Source of the DNA: Raillietiella orientalis
Taxonomy: Eukaryota
Length of the DNA: 64,000 nt
Assembly: GCA_036172245.1 (NCBI GenBank)
Contig: JAYWIR010000030.1
Coordinates: forward strand, 2,604,001-2,668,000
Reading direction: 5' to 3'
In this document: one piece after another, positions 1 to 11,700 of the stretch
How the letters are laid out: each line of letters begins with the position of its first letter
How positions within the stretch are numbered: position 1 is the first letter of the stretch
Translations under genes and position numbers: made by a program
Notes under the pieces: generated by a model
Databases searched by the model: none
What the model saw: only the letters and a program-made list of their open reading frames with translations
Told to the model about the DNA's origin: nothing

Positions 1-1384
1 CGATCAAAAAGTTGGAGGCTGAAAGTCCGCTCTCGCATTCGTTCTCTTCACCCCAAACAATGAGGTGCCATCCCTCTCAGACTGTACGTCGCTCACGGCA
101 GAGGGCGCGGCTAGGGATGCGATTGGTCCCCGCCTCCCAGCGGGTGATCTCTGGGGAGAAGCTGCTTCGGGAGGAATTCGTTACGGCTACCCGACCGCCT
201 TGAGCCCAAGAAGAGACTTCCTTCAGTCGGTCTTTCTTGACCGAGAGTTTCTCGAGGTTCTCTCCTGAGAGTGGTTCCTCCGAGAGCGAAGTGGCCAGAG
301 AGAACCTGACCTCTTTCCTGAAGGGGAGGTCCCAGGAAAGAACTGCAATCAAGGTACGCTGTGCTCCTTCCTGTAGCTGTCAGCATCATAGCAGGGAAGC
401 AAGCATGGAATTGCCATAGGGAAGGATTTCACGGCGATCTGTCAATTCCTCTCTGAAAAAGGGACCACGGGAATCGGATGAGAGCTCGGAGATGAAGGAG
501 AGGCGATATTTGTGGGCTGTGAGCATCCGGTCATCTCAGAGCAGCCCGACTCATGAAGAGTGGGCGACCTCGCCAGTCTTGAATCTGAGCTTCGGGCCTG
601 GGTACCTGTTGTAGATCTGAGAATGGGCCTCTGTTTCGGCGGTACGGTCCGAACAGACGGGGAGAAGCCGGCACATCTGGGAGAACTCCTTTCTTCGCTT
701 TGGGTGGCCTGCTCCGTGCTTCAGTCAGCAAAACACGGTTGTCACTTCCACCCTTCTGCAGTCTTGGAGAGTTACGTCTTCGTAGAAATCAAGAGTTTCG
801 CTCACAGCTCCCCTCAGGCAACTAGGCTGGGTAGCTGACCTGGTGCTATCGCTTGAGAAAGGTGCCGAGGAAGGTTAGCCATCGTCCGAGGTCAGGGAAG
901 GGAATCGAGGTTGATCGGCCGCTTCTTATTATGAAGGGAAGCTGGCCAGAGGCATCTGGCAGGAGAAAAGAGCTTAGAACTAACCAAGCCCCTTGGTTGG
1001 ATTTCAGCGAGGGACCCTACGCCTATCATGACGAATGCAGAGCTCAAGTCTCCCCTCTTTTCGCGCATTGTCGGAAAAGCAGCAACCTCCGAGCACAGCC
1101 CCCATTCCGGGAAGCATCCTTCCCCTCTCCTCCCTTCCCCCTTGCTTTGTGGTCGTTGCAGGAGCCATCATCCAGAAGATCGCAGGCAGCAGTGAAGGGC
1201 TGGAGATGACAGCCCCCGGGGAACAGGAGACAGAATTCTGAAAAGGCTACCCGACAGTCCTGAAATAAGGGTTGCTGTCATTGCACTGAGGGATGATTCT
1301 TGGAGAGATGCTGTTGGAGGCGAGCTGCCTCTTCCTTCGCGCCTCTCCTCGATTTTAGGGTTCTCGATAGCTGAATGACATTAC

Positions 1385-1482
1385 CTGCTGGATCTCTGAC
1401 CGACTGTCATCTCAATATGCGTTCCGGACGCACCCGGGGATGAGGCGTCCACGCCAGATTCTCCATACGTCGCTCCGGAAAC
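1385..1482 (-). CDS. Probable next exon of the acidic protein gene (VSGATYGESGVDASSPGASGTHIEMTVGQRSS)
   Basis: Acceptor cttctcaag| and donor CAG|gtaatg flank 98 nt that are open in the phase inherited from the upstream exon. The continuation is ambiguous: an acceptor at 1260 gives RTVG*, while one near 1239 gives a longer open frame. Confidence 0.5.
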
Positions 1483-1591
1483 CTTGAGAAGCACTGTAGT
1501 TATCATTCATCATTGTGCTCCCAGCATCCTGACCACCCTCCCTATTCCCTACGTCTCTTCAGACCAGTCAATCTCCCTTCCCTCTGCGTAC

Positions 1592-3043
1592 CTTCCTGAT
1601 GCTCCCGATGTCTCCGCGGATGGCTTTCTCCTCTTCCTCCTCTTCTTCCTGGTAGCTGTTGTTCCTCCCAACTTCCTTCGATGGTCCGTCTGTCCCCATA
1701 GGTTCCTCAGGCAAAATGACCGCAGACGGGAGATCGAGGTCCTGGGTCAGGTCTCTGAGGACCGCCTCCGCATTCTGGTCGGAGTAAACCAAGGTCTTGT
1801 AGCGGGTCCCTGGTATGACTGGATCGGCCTCCACGCCCAAAAGTTCGCCGTCCTCCGTGACCCCTTGCAGCTCTTCCCTAGTCTCGCTGATGATGACGAA
1901 CCGATCGAGAGGGGATGGCCCTTTGGAGTCCAGGTCATTATCGAGTGGCAGGTCTGGGTTCAGCACAATGATCCTGCTGGAGGTAGACTTTGCCTGAGGA
2001 GGATTGGGAGAGGCACCATCGGTGTCTCTCTTGTCCGCATCCGCTTGAGGCTCTTCCTTTGCTTCCTCCTTTGTCTTCCTTTTGGCTTCTCCGTTTTCCT
2101 CCTCCTTCTTCTCTTCCTCTTCCTCCTTCTTCTCTTCTTCCCTCTCCTCCCACAGGACGCTGCCACGATCGTGCACTTCGTTTCCTAGTAGTGGCCAATC
2201 TACCCCTGAGGGGGTCCAGGAAGCCAGATCTTCTTCCCTCTTTTCATTGTTGAGAACATCCCCATGCTCGGGAAAAGAAGGAAGGATAGCGGCTGTCATC
2301 TCTAAGGACGGGCTGAGCATCTCCAGGGCATCCTTTGCTCCATCCTTCTGAGAGTTCGCGAACTCTCCAGTTCTGTAGGCCGACTTCACAACGAACTCTC
2401 GACTGCTCGGGAAGTTCGCGTTCGAGGGTCCAAAGAAATGAGCTCGTCGGGACTCCTCCTCCTGGTGATCCGGAAAGGGCACATCAAGCTCCTGACCTTC
2501 TTCATCCTGGCGGTGAGTTCCCAGGAAGGTTACCATATGCCTTCCCTCTTCGCCCTCCGAGACTTCGGAAGGGAACGAAGCCGGTTCACCCCCACTGCTC
2601 TTCTCCAGGAAGGACTTTAGCAGGTTAGGGGCCTTCATGATGAAGATTCCAGACTGGGTCACTGGGATCCATTCCTGCTGGCCGCAGCATCCGCTACTGT
2701 GCTTACGGGCGAGACGCTCCTTCTCCTCCGAGGCAGACGCCTCGAGATCTCTGACAGCAGCCTGAAGGGCCACTCCATCCACGGGAAGCCAGGCATCCGT
2801 GTTGGGACAGCAAGGAAACTCAGTGTTTTCCCAAGAAGGGACTGGAGGTTCTTGGTGATGAGGCTGTTCGTGTGAGGGCAAGAAGAAAACGCCATCATGG
2901 GGAAGTCCTTGGAAGGCATGAGCTGAGCTGCCCACGTCTAGCCTCCGGCTCGCTCGCAGCAGCAGCTCGCCTGGGGCTCCTGATACCCATCTGGTAACTG
3001 TGGCCAGGCACAGGAACACGTGAAGCGAAGGCGTCAAAAGCAT
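1592..3043 (-). CDS. Large coding exon (484 codons) of a probably secreted, acidic, low-complexity protein of unknown family
   Basis: Longest ORF in the window (491 aa to first stop). The ATG is directly preceded by an acceptor-like ctccttag. The hydrophobic N-terminus MLLTPSLHVFLCLATVTRWVSG resembles a signal peptide. The body is E/D/S/P-rich with poly-E tracts. A phase-0 donor AAG|gtacgc lies at 1592/1591, just before the in-frame stop. Confidence 0.75.
2051..2149. repeat. Pyrimidine-rich low-complexity tract encoding the E/K-rich segment, including an imperfect 21-bp tandem duplication (2101-2142)
   Basis: cctccttcttctcttcctctt / cctccttcttctcttcttccc; the minus strand reads EEREEEKKEEEEEKKEEENGEAKRKTKEEAKEE. 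Confidence 0.85.
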
Positions 3044-3614
3044 CTAAGGAGAGACATCCATCAGTCTCTGAGACAATGCACCAGAGAGACATGGGAAATG
3101 TCCCCGTTCCGCTAGCGTCTTCTCGTCGATATTAGCGCGGACTGGCAGCGGACAGACAAGATCCTCTTCCTTCTGATCTAAATGAACTTCTACTGACATG
3201 TCCGCGGATGCTAGAGGCGAGCAGCCATCAGAGCGGTAGCTGGTGCCTTTTGCTGAAGACTACCGTATCGATGGTTTCCCGGAAGCAACGAACAAAAAGA
3301 GAAGATTCCGTCGTGTCTTTGTTGATACTTAGGTAATCGTCGACTGTAGTCGACAATAAGAGTCGTAATAAGAGCTTGTTCTCTTGTTCTCTAGAATTCA
3401 AGGATCAGAGTTCATAGGTTTTTGGCATTCCAGGAACAACTGTGTTCTGAAAAAGCTGGAAATCCCAAGACCGTATGAGAGCCAGATTTGTTTATTGCGC
3501 GAAAGGAGGAATTACGTAGAGGAGACAGGGCGCGATCTTTACGAGTTTCCCCATTTTACGATCCTCACTTCACTTCTTTCAAGGTGAAGAACATCGTAAG
3601 ATAAAGCAGAGGCG

Positions 3615-3646
3615 GAGTGATGAAGCATCTCTTGGCTTCATCACTC
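3615..3646. repeat. Perfect 12-bp inverted repeat with 8-nt loop
   Basis: gagtgatgaagc-atctcttg-gcttcatcactc; the arms are exact reverse complements. Confidence 0.9.
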
Positions 3647-4530
3647 GCTGACAGGTGACTACTACAAGTGATAACAGTGAGCGTAATGAGTAGTTATCGA
3701 GAAATTCACCTTGCTCTTCTTTACGGTTCTTGTCTTTGTTCGGAGGATCCCGAATTCTCTGAGCATCTCATCGTTTTCCGGGTCCCACGAGCCTTAAGAA
3801 ACCAAGAGAACAAAGAGCATTTTACCTCTCAGGGCGTGAAGAACGACGAGAAGCTCAGAGAAACTGAAACACTCCTGAGCAAAGGCAGGAAAAAAATAAA
3901 AAGACAATCCGCTCGAACCATAATGGGGACAATCCTGGATCACAGGAGAGGTTGCGAAAGCATCATTGAGCTTTGGGTCGATGTGAAGATGATGGTAACC
4001 TGTGGATAGTCTCTTGCATGGATATCATACGTAGCAAATTTAAACAATATCTCAACCCTTCTGGATGAACAGTCATGAAGGAAACATGATGGGAAGTCGC
4101 GTTCCAATAGCAAGCACTGATGTTTTCACTGTCCAATTCATTATCTTCCATTAGTTGCAGTTATTATGTCTGTTGGAGTCGCCTGTGATGCTCTGATTAA
4201 CAGCATTTTCGCTTTCCTTCTATCTCCACTCTCTCTCATGTGATATCCATTCTGTCTGGTATTGAAACACCATTGAAATGCCATCTTAATGCACACTGTA
4301 GACGGTTTACGTGACTGAAATTCTGGCTGCTAGGTGTCACTGCTGAAGGAATTCCTGCCGTGAGACCTCAGAGCTCAACCGTCACGGGTTCAGTATTGAT
4401 GATGTCTGTCAGTGTAACTGATGGCTGGATGAGTGGGATCAACAGCTTCTTGCTTTCATGATTCCTGACGATGGCTTCTCGACACCGACTGGCATTAATC
4501 AGCGCCACTGGTCGCTACTTCAACTCTCAG

Positions 4531-4655
4531 CAGTCACCTTCTGGGAGAACTTCAACAATTACGGACAGCCTCCACCGAAGACAGTAATGGCCAGCATCAT
4601 TTATGATGTGCTGCCACTCCAAGAGGACAGTAACCTCAATCACGAACAAAGAATA
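4531..4655 (+). CDS. Candidate isolated exon (VTFWENFNNYGQPPPKTVMASIIYDVLPLQEDSNLNHEQRI), unknown product
   Basis: Acceptor caactctcag| and donor ATA|gtgagc; only one of the three plus-strand frames is open. No partner exon identified. Confidence 0.25.
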
Positions 4656-7600
4656 GTGAGCTGTTCTATGCTGCTGCCTATGTAACTCTCATGACTCATA
4701 ATTGCTACTCTTTTACTCCGGCGTCATCCTTCCCTCTAACTACGCGGTCCTTTTCACCTTGCGTGAGAGACGCAGAATCAAGGACCATGGTATTTTGTTT
4801 CACCTCCCTGTTTCGCTGCCACTTTCTCGCCTCTCCCGTGCTTGTTAATCTGATTCACACCGGCCTGACCCGGCATCCCTGATTGGGTTTTTAGCTGAAA
4901 CTTTCCGACTTTTCTCCAGCGGAAGAAGTTGCGGGGTTTCTCTGCTTCCGGTATTCTCTGCTTCTGTTGGATGGAACGGCTGATAATCTGTCTTGAAAAG
5001 AAAGGAAAAAAGGAAAAAAACTTTCGGGCTGTCGGAGACAGGGATGGTGACAGCAACTGGCAAACAAGCCTGCTGATCGCATCTTTCTTGCATCTCCCTC
5101 CCTGCTTGGGTTCTTACGAGACTGAGAGAGAACCGTGACGGCACTCTTTGCTGTCCTTTCTGTCTGTGCCTTTTGTTCTTCTCTCTGAGGAGGCTTCATC
5201 GTGATCGACGAAGACTATTAAAAGCGTGTTCTCGTGAGACTGCCACAGGCCTAGATGTTGTCTTGCATCTCACACAACATCAGGGAGTAAAAACCCACTG
5301 TGAGCTGCCTCATCTTCAAATGAATCTGTGCGTCGTGCAACATCCCAATTTCTGTCAGGGATGGGAGGAAGGAAAAGTAAAAGAAAAAAAAAAAAAAAAA
5401 AGTTACTGGATGAGCTTGAAGTGTGCTTGCACGTGTGTTGGTGCTCCTTGACTGACTCCTGAGGCTCCTTTTCCGAAGATCATAATCGTACCTGGAAGAG
5501 CGTGTCAAATGGTACCAATGAACTTCCTCTACTGTGTTGCTATCGCGACATCCGTTCTAATCATTGCACTCTCTTTGCTGCTCTATCGCTTGAGCTAGGG
5601 AGCCATGAGTGCACCGGATGAGACCCGTCTTTCGAGGAGCGTTCGCCTCACTGGCGGCGGCATGATGAGATGTTTGCCGTCATCGTTCGCTCTTGGAACA
5701 GAGTTCCAGCAGAACCGAAACCCCTCGTAACGAGGAGAAGCGCTGCTGACGAGCCATAAGTATCCCACTAATCATAGTTTACTAACCGCGCATGGGATGA
5801 CAAATATCGGGGACAAGTTCTCAGGCAGATCATTGGGAACTCATCCTGAGACATGGCGGCTACGCAAGGATTCCGAGACAGCATTTTCCAAGTGACAAAA
5901 CTTTGAAGAGCCGCTTGGACGGGAGTGGACTTGGGAGGAGGTGAGGAGCTTCTGGTAGCACTCTGCAGGACGATCCAGGTAAAGCGATGTGAACAAGGTG
6001 ACGATAGCTTCGAGACGACAACGCATGTAAGATAGCATCGATTCTTCGAGTGTTCAAAGAACTTTCGAGAGACAGAAGCAAAAGTAAAGAATAGTTCATC
6101 GAAGACATCTATGAAGAGACGAAAGACTTGGAGGTTTGTCGAGAGATCAAACCACTTGCTCATCGATGGGTGGGCCATTCGTTCTGCTGTTCAATGGCCA
6201 CGAGCAGAAGAGAGGATAGCTGTCATCTTGAGAAAAGCGACGAAGTATCCTGTAATACCTTTACGGTCACTAGAAATGCTGTCGATATTGAAGGGACTTA
6301 GAAAGAGCGTTGTTTACAAGAACTCGTTGCTGTCATATGCCCGTTGGTAGTCGAACAGCGACTAGCTCCGGGCAAACAACAGATTAAAAACACGGGCACA
6401 AGCACTGGAAGAGGATTAAGACCATCGCCAGTGTCCATAAACCTTATCACAACCCGGAGGCTCGGGAGGGAGTGAAGACATTTCGAAGAGAATGTCGAGA
6501 TGGGTTGGGGAGTAGGAAATAAAATCTGTACACGTTGACAGTGGTCAGTGTTGCGGCTCCAAGAAAGCTCCAAAGAAAAGAATCAGATCACTTCAAGGAC
6601 AGGAGTTCCATAGAGATTCGTAACCAGGGGGTAAATCTCCAGCAGAAGAAGGAAGTCTCATTGTTCGAATTGGAACGGCAATATAGATTTTTTTTACGAG
6701 CGAAGCATCCACTTGGAACCATGGAAGACTGCAGCTTCAAAAAACTCATTTCGAAGATTTGAATGTCACTCACTCATCAAAACTGTTTCACCCCAATGGT
6801 TCTCCGCTTTATTTTCTCCCTCAGGCAGGTCGGAACGAGCAAAACAAAAGCAACAAAAAGAAGACTTTCTCCAAGCTTGAATTGAACCACTTCATTACAG
6901 ATGTCCTCCATTGCACCATTCCCTCGTAAGCGAAAAGGTCATGTGTGGACTGGTATGGAAAAGCATCTTAGCGACTCAGAAGCGAACTCCTCAAGAAGCA
7001 TAACAAATCGTTCGGATTACTCAGTCCTAATCCCAGTGTTACCGTTGAAACCAAATGAGATGGCAAAGATTTGATTTCCACAGGAAAATGATTCATCTCC
7101 GACCAAGAAACGCTCATCTTTTCTATTCATATGGAGTCGCCCGCTGGGCATCAGGCGTTAATGGAAATCTCCAGCCCTCATCCCAGAGAACACTTCTCCT
7201 TACTTTTTACCGATCTAGTATGCTTGCAGAGTTTCCAAAATTGCTCCAGGTGTTTCTGTTTTCTCCCATGAGTATTCCCAGCAGCGACACTAATGCAACA
7301 AAAAAAATACATTTTCCCAGTGCAGCCCTTCATGAGACCCTCCAAATGAACCGCTGGTTACCAGGCTACCAACCTATCAGTTTGGAAACCCTCAAAAGAG
7401 AAAAATGCGTTCTCTCTTTGCACTTTCGCTGCAGCCGTGTCTTTTTTCAAGAACCACTGTCACTTTGTTCGAAGCAGTTCAAAACGCCGCTGCAAAAACT
7501 GTGCAAAGATGTGACGCCCGTGCACCAAAAGACTGAGAGATGAACTCTTTCATCTGTCCTGCTGTGACTTCTCTTGCTCTTCCTTTCCGTCAGATCTGAA

Positions 7601-9739
7601 ATATGCACTCTCCGAGTTCAGGTCCGGATTCTAGTGTTTTTGAGGTGTCTTTGTGGCTTCATGATGGTTCAAAAACCACTATCCGCCCTCTGCTTTCTTC
7701 TTTTCTCCCTTTCCGAGTGTGTGGCGTCCTCGTCCTTCAAATTACCATTCCGTTCGGGTCGGTGCCGGAGGGAGGTGAAGATGGATAGCGGAGAACCGCC
7801 CCAAGATGAAAGGAAAACTCAATTCCAGAAAGAGTTCCATGGAACGGGTTTCTTCGTTCGTATCTTCATGTCCGTTTGCATCCAATGTTGCATGGATTAA
7901 AGGAGACTGTGCGTCAGTCAATCAATGGACCCACAAGGCGTAAGTCGGTAAAGCAGATTTCGGAAATTCACCTCCGGCACACGTGCGATGCGATTTCGAT
8001 GTCCCTTGAAGCCTCTTATGCTTAAGGTTTTCGCCCTAATTCGATGAAGAGCAAGGAGTTGAGAGCATGCGAACCACTGAGGGCATGAATGAAGGTGATG
8101 TGAACTCTGGGAACCAAGATGAAGGTCATTTTATGGTAGCAAAAGGGTGAAGAGTAGGAAGTCGGTGAAGAAAGCCCTCCACTTGACTGGCAGGAGAAGA
8201 ACCAAAGAGCTGGACTAGTCCAATTTTGCTTCGCAATCTGCGTTTATCAAAGATCCCTTGCGCTTCTCTGGGTAGCGGTTCAGCACCTCCCAGGTCTGTT
8301 TCTTGTAACAGCAGCCTCGTACGAGGTCACAGTCGTTTCCTCAAATCATAAACTCTTCAGATTCTTGCTCTTCAGACAGCTTCTTCAGGTATCATTCCGA
8401 ACAGAAGTGGTTCATGGATGCCATTTTTGTGAGCGAAGCACCGCATGCGGTGCTTGACGATCGGAAGAAACCTGCGACGGGGACAACTGAGTGGTGACCT
8501 GCCTCTTGCTTTTCTGCTTTTGTCTACCTTTTCGTTTCCCGGGTAGTAGTGGGAACCGGGAAGGGACCTCTCGAAATCAAGGATCACCCCTTTCTGAAAG
8601 TAAAGCAGAAAGGGGAAAAAAAAAGTTTGTCTCTTTGCGAGATCTGTAGCGTCGAATCTCTCTTGAGCCAGCTTCTCGAAGGAGTTCTCGCAACGTCCTT
8701 TAGATTCGGGACGGCGTCCTTCCTGCTCACTTCGGGATTCAAGGGGAACTTTGAGGGGAATCTTCGATCAACAGAGACTTCGGTAAACAGACTTCCAGTA
8801 CCCTTCTCACGGACTGGTGAAGTCCGAACCTTGTTTGGGAATTGTTTCACAGATCAGTAGGCTTCCTGGCTGCTTCCTTGATATGCCGTCCTACGAGTCG
8901 GGATGGTGTTTTCCTTCAGGGAGGCGATTCCGCTCCTAGACGGCACTCGAACGGAAGAATGGGGAGGCATCGGGCCACAGTGAGGAGAGAGACTGCTGGA
9001 TCTGCGCGTGAACGCATCCTCCGCGGGTGGCATTCACAAGGCACGCGGACACTCGAGTCATGTGAGCCACCCTTGAAGCGTGTTTCGAATGTCACGCATG
9101 CGCGGCACCACGCCCACGATACATGGACGCTTCAAGAGTGCATGAGCAGCTGTCGGTGACCTGTGAATGGTGCCAGGATGGAAAAACAATTCTTGAGGGA
9201 TATCGGGTGTGATACGTTGTAGCTCGTTCCAGGTCTTCCATTTCTGGTTCGCGTGCAGCAAACGTGAGCTGGCGATGCAGGAGAAGGCACATGCGGCGAG
9301 AGAAATGCACGCAGAACGGCACCCATGCAGCTTCCGTGAACTCATGATGAACGAGATGGAGATCTCCGAACTCTCGGCTCCCGTCCTCGGAAGCGAGCGC
9401 TTCCTGGTGGCTGGCGACCGACTGAGTAACTGCAAACTCGAGACGGTAGCCTCGCGCGTATGGCAATCACACGGCAAGAAGAAGAGCGAAAAGGTTGCGA
9501 AAGCTACGGGTCGCATGCAGGGTGCTGGAGTGTTTACGAACGAACGGGAAGCGCATCCTCTGCCTCCCTCTGCGCTTTCTTCTGCCGAAATATCCCTTTC
9601 ACACCGGATGCTGCGTTCCCAATTCGGTTTACCTTCACGGGTGCATCTTGTCAACTTTTTCGTTTCCGATTTCTTCTCTGATAAAAAAAGACAGTCGCTG
9701 GTCCACTTTCCCGTATTGACTGACCCGGATTCTGGCACG

Positions 9740-11700
9740 GATCGCTCATGAGCGAGGCCAGCACGGGAAGGTTACGCACGCGTGCCCGACTGCGGGTTGC
9801 ATCGGACCCTTTCCGTTAACGGGAAAGGGCAGCAAGGACAGATGCAGAGGGGGGGAGGAAAAAGGGGGCGTCGATCATGTTCACCCCCGGTTCTCCCTTC
9901 ACTCCCTCCGCACGCCGTCCCCCCTTTAAGCGGGCGCTACGTTCATTGCGTCCTCCCTCGGGCAAGGGGGATGCGAACGCGCGTGGGCTCCAAGAGCCCC
10001 TTTGACGAGTGCCATCCCGCCAGCAGGGAGCGGAAGGCCGGAAGTTTGAGGTGTAGCGCAGCTCTGGATCTGCGCTATTGAGTTTCGCTTCCGCCGGCTC
10101 TGCCTGGACCCGTAAAGAACGCCGAGAGAGAGCTTTCGGCCGCCCGCTCAGCCCGCAATGATGTCGCTCTCCCAAAGCGCCCTCTCCCCGTTCAGGGCAC
10201 ATCTCCGCAGCATCACAATGACGAATAGGAGCGGAGGTCACTCAAGGTTGATGCACGCCATCCAGAAATCTCAATCGGGAAAACTTCAGGCTCGGGAGCG
10301 CATCACACGGCTGCGAAGGGTCGGAAAGCCCACGGAGCTCCTTCGCGCACCGTGGGCTATGACAGAGGCTTCCGCGCCGTCCCACCTCTGGACCAGGGTC
10401 ATGCGTGCGAGCGAAGTCGTGAGCGCGCGTCACCACGGATGCTCTCCCTTCATCAGTCCAGGCACGGCTCCCTTCCCGCGCCACAGCGCTCGAATTCGCT
10501 TCAGCGAGCCATCACCTAGAGACCCTGCTCACGAGGCCTGCCCCCAGGGTGGGCGTGCAGTCCCGAGAGGTCGCGACGCCTCTCTCATGGCCTGGCACTA
10601 CCGTCGCTCCTCGCTCCAGGCCCGGGGAAAGGAATCGCGCTCGCGGTCGTCCCTCCCGGCCACAAAGACGAGGTGATGACTGCCTGCGCGGGGGGCGGGG
10701 GAGCCCGGAGGTGGAGGGCAATGCCTGCCGTGCTCGGCACGAAGGTTCCTCGAGGGTCCTCCCGGGTCTCGCGGGGGGGCGGGATGGGTGTATTCACCTC
10801 AGAGACGTGCTCTCCTTTGCGGTGGCGACGGCGGCAGCCTTTCCTCCCGGAGGGCTCCTGGCGCTCACGGGGGCGCAGCGAGGAGAGAGCGGCGGCGACC
10901 GGCTCCAAAGCAGCTTCCCGAACGCACTCGAAGCACCGACCCTGCACGGCACCTTCTCTACATAGTGAGCACCCGAAGACTCGTCGGTATGGAAACGCCG
11001 CTCTCTAATATAGCTGGCGAGCTCTTCTTTTCCAAGTGACCCTGTTTTGCCTGCGCGTTGGGTTTCTCCCCGCCGAGCTCTCTTCGGGCGGAGAGTCTTT
11101 TCTGCCCCAGGTGCGCTCTTCCGAGATTAGTAGGATGACTTTCTTTGAAGGACTGCTAGGTCGAATCTTCGGAGGCATCTCCGCCGGATTCGCTCTTCTT
11201 TCTTGCCTTCTTTCTCACTGTTTTTTTTCCGCGCGTGCCGCTTCGAGGGGAGAGGGAAGGCGCCGCTGCCCCGCGGAAGGGGGGTGGGGAGGCGAGTGCG
11301 CTCTCGCAGAGAAGCGAAAGAAAGTGAAGTGCCTGAGGAAACTGGGACTCTGCAGAGATCTTCTCTCCCGAAGCTTCGCTCGAAGAGCTGCAGCAGCACG
11401 AGCCAGAGCAGACCGGAGGCGCCTCCGGACCGCAACAGCTCCAGGGGGGACCTCGACAGAAGGTCGCTCATTCACGAGGATCCTCTGCCCTTTGCGCGCG
11501 AAGAACCACACCGCTGGGTCTCCAGGTTCTCACGGCAACCTTCGGCTTTTACCATCCGGCACCGCTCCCTGGCTCTCCTAGTCTAAGGCAACGGACGGCC
11601 TCCGGTCCACGCTCACGGTGAGGATTTCGCGGAGGATGGCGACTCCTGTTAAGACCTGGAGGTGCCCAGGAGGGACCGAGCGCCAGCTGCCTCGACGGTG
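9740..11700. promoter_or_regulatory. GC/CpG-rich block, possible promoter or regulatory region
   Basis: Visibly higher GC and CpG density than the flanks, with G- and C-tracts. The many overlapping R/P/S/G-rich ORFs on both strands are typical of GC-driven spurious frames. Boundaries are approximate. Confidence 0.4.

Noticed and set aside
1484..2188. 234-aa plus-strand ORF with Leu/Phe-rich membrane-like stretches
   Set aside because: It is the antisense shadow of the poly-Glu/Lys coding exon on the minus strand.
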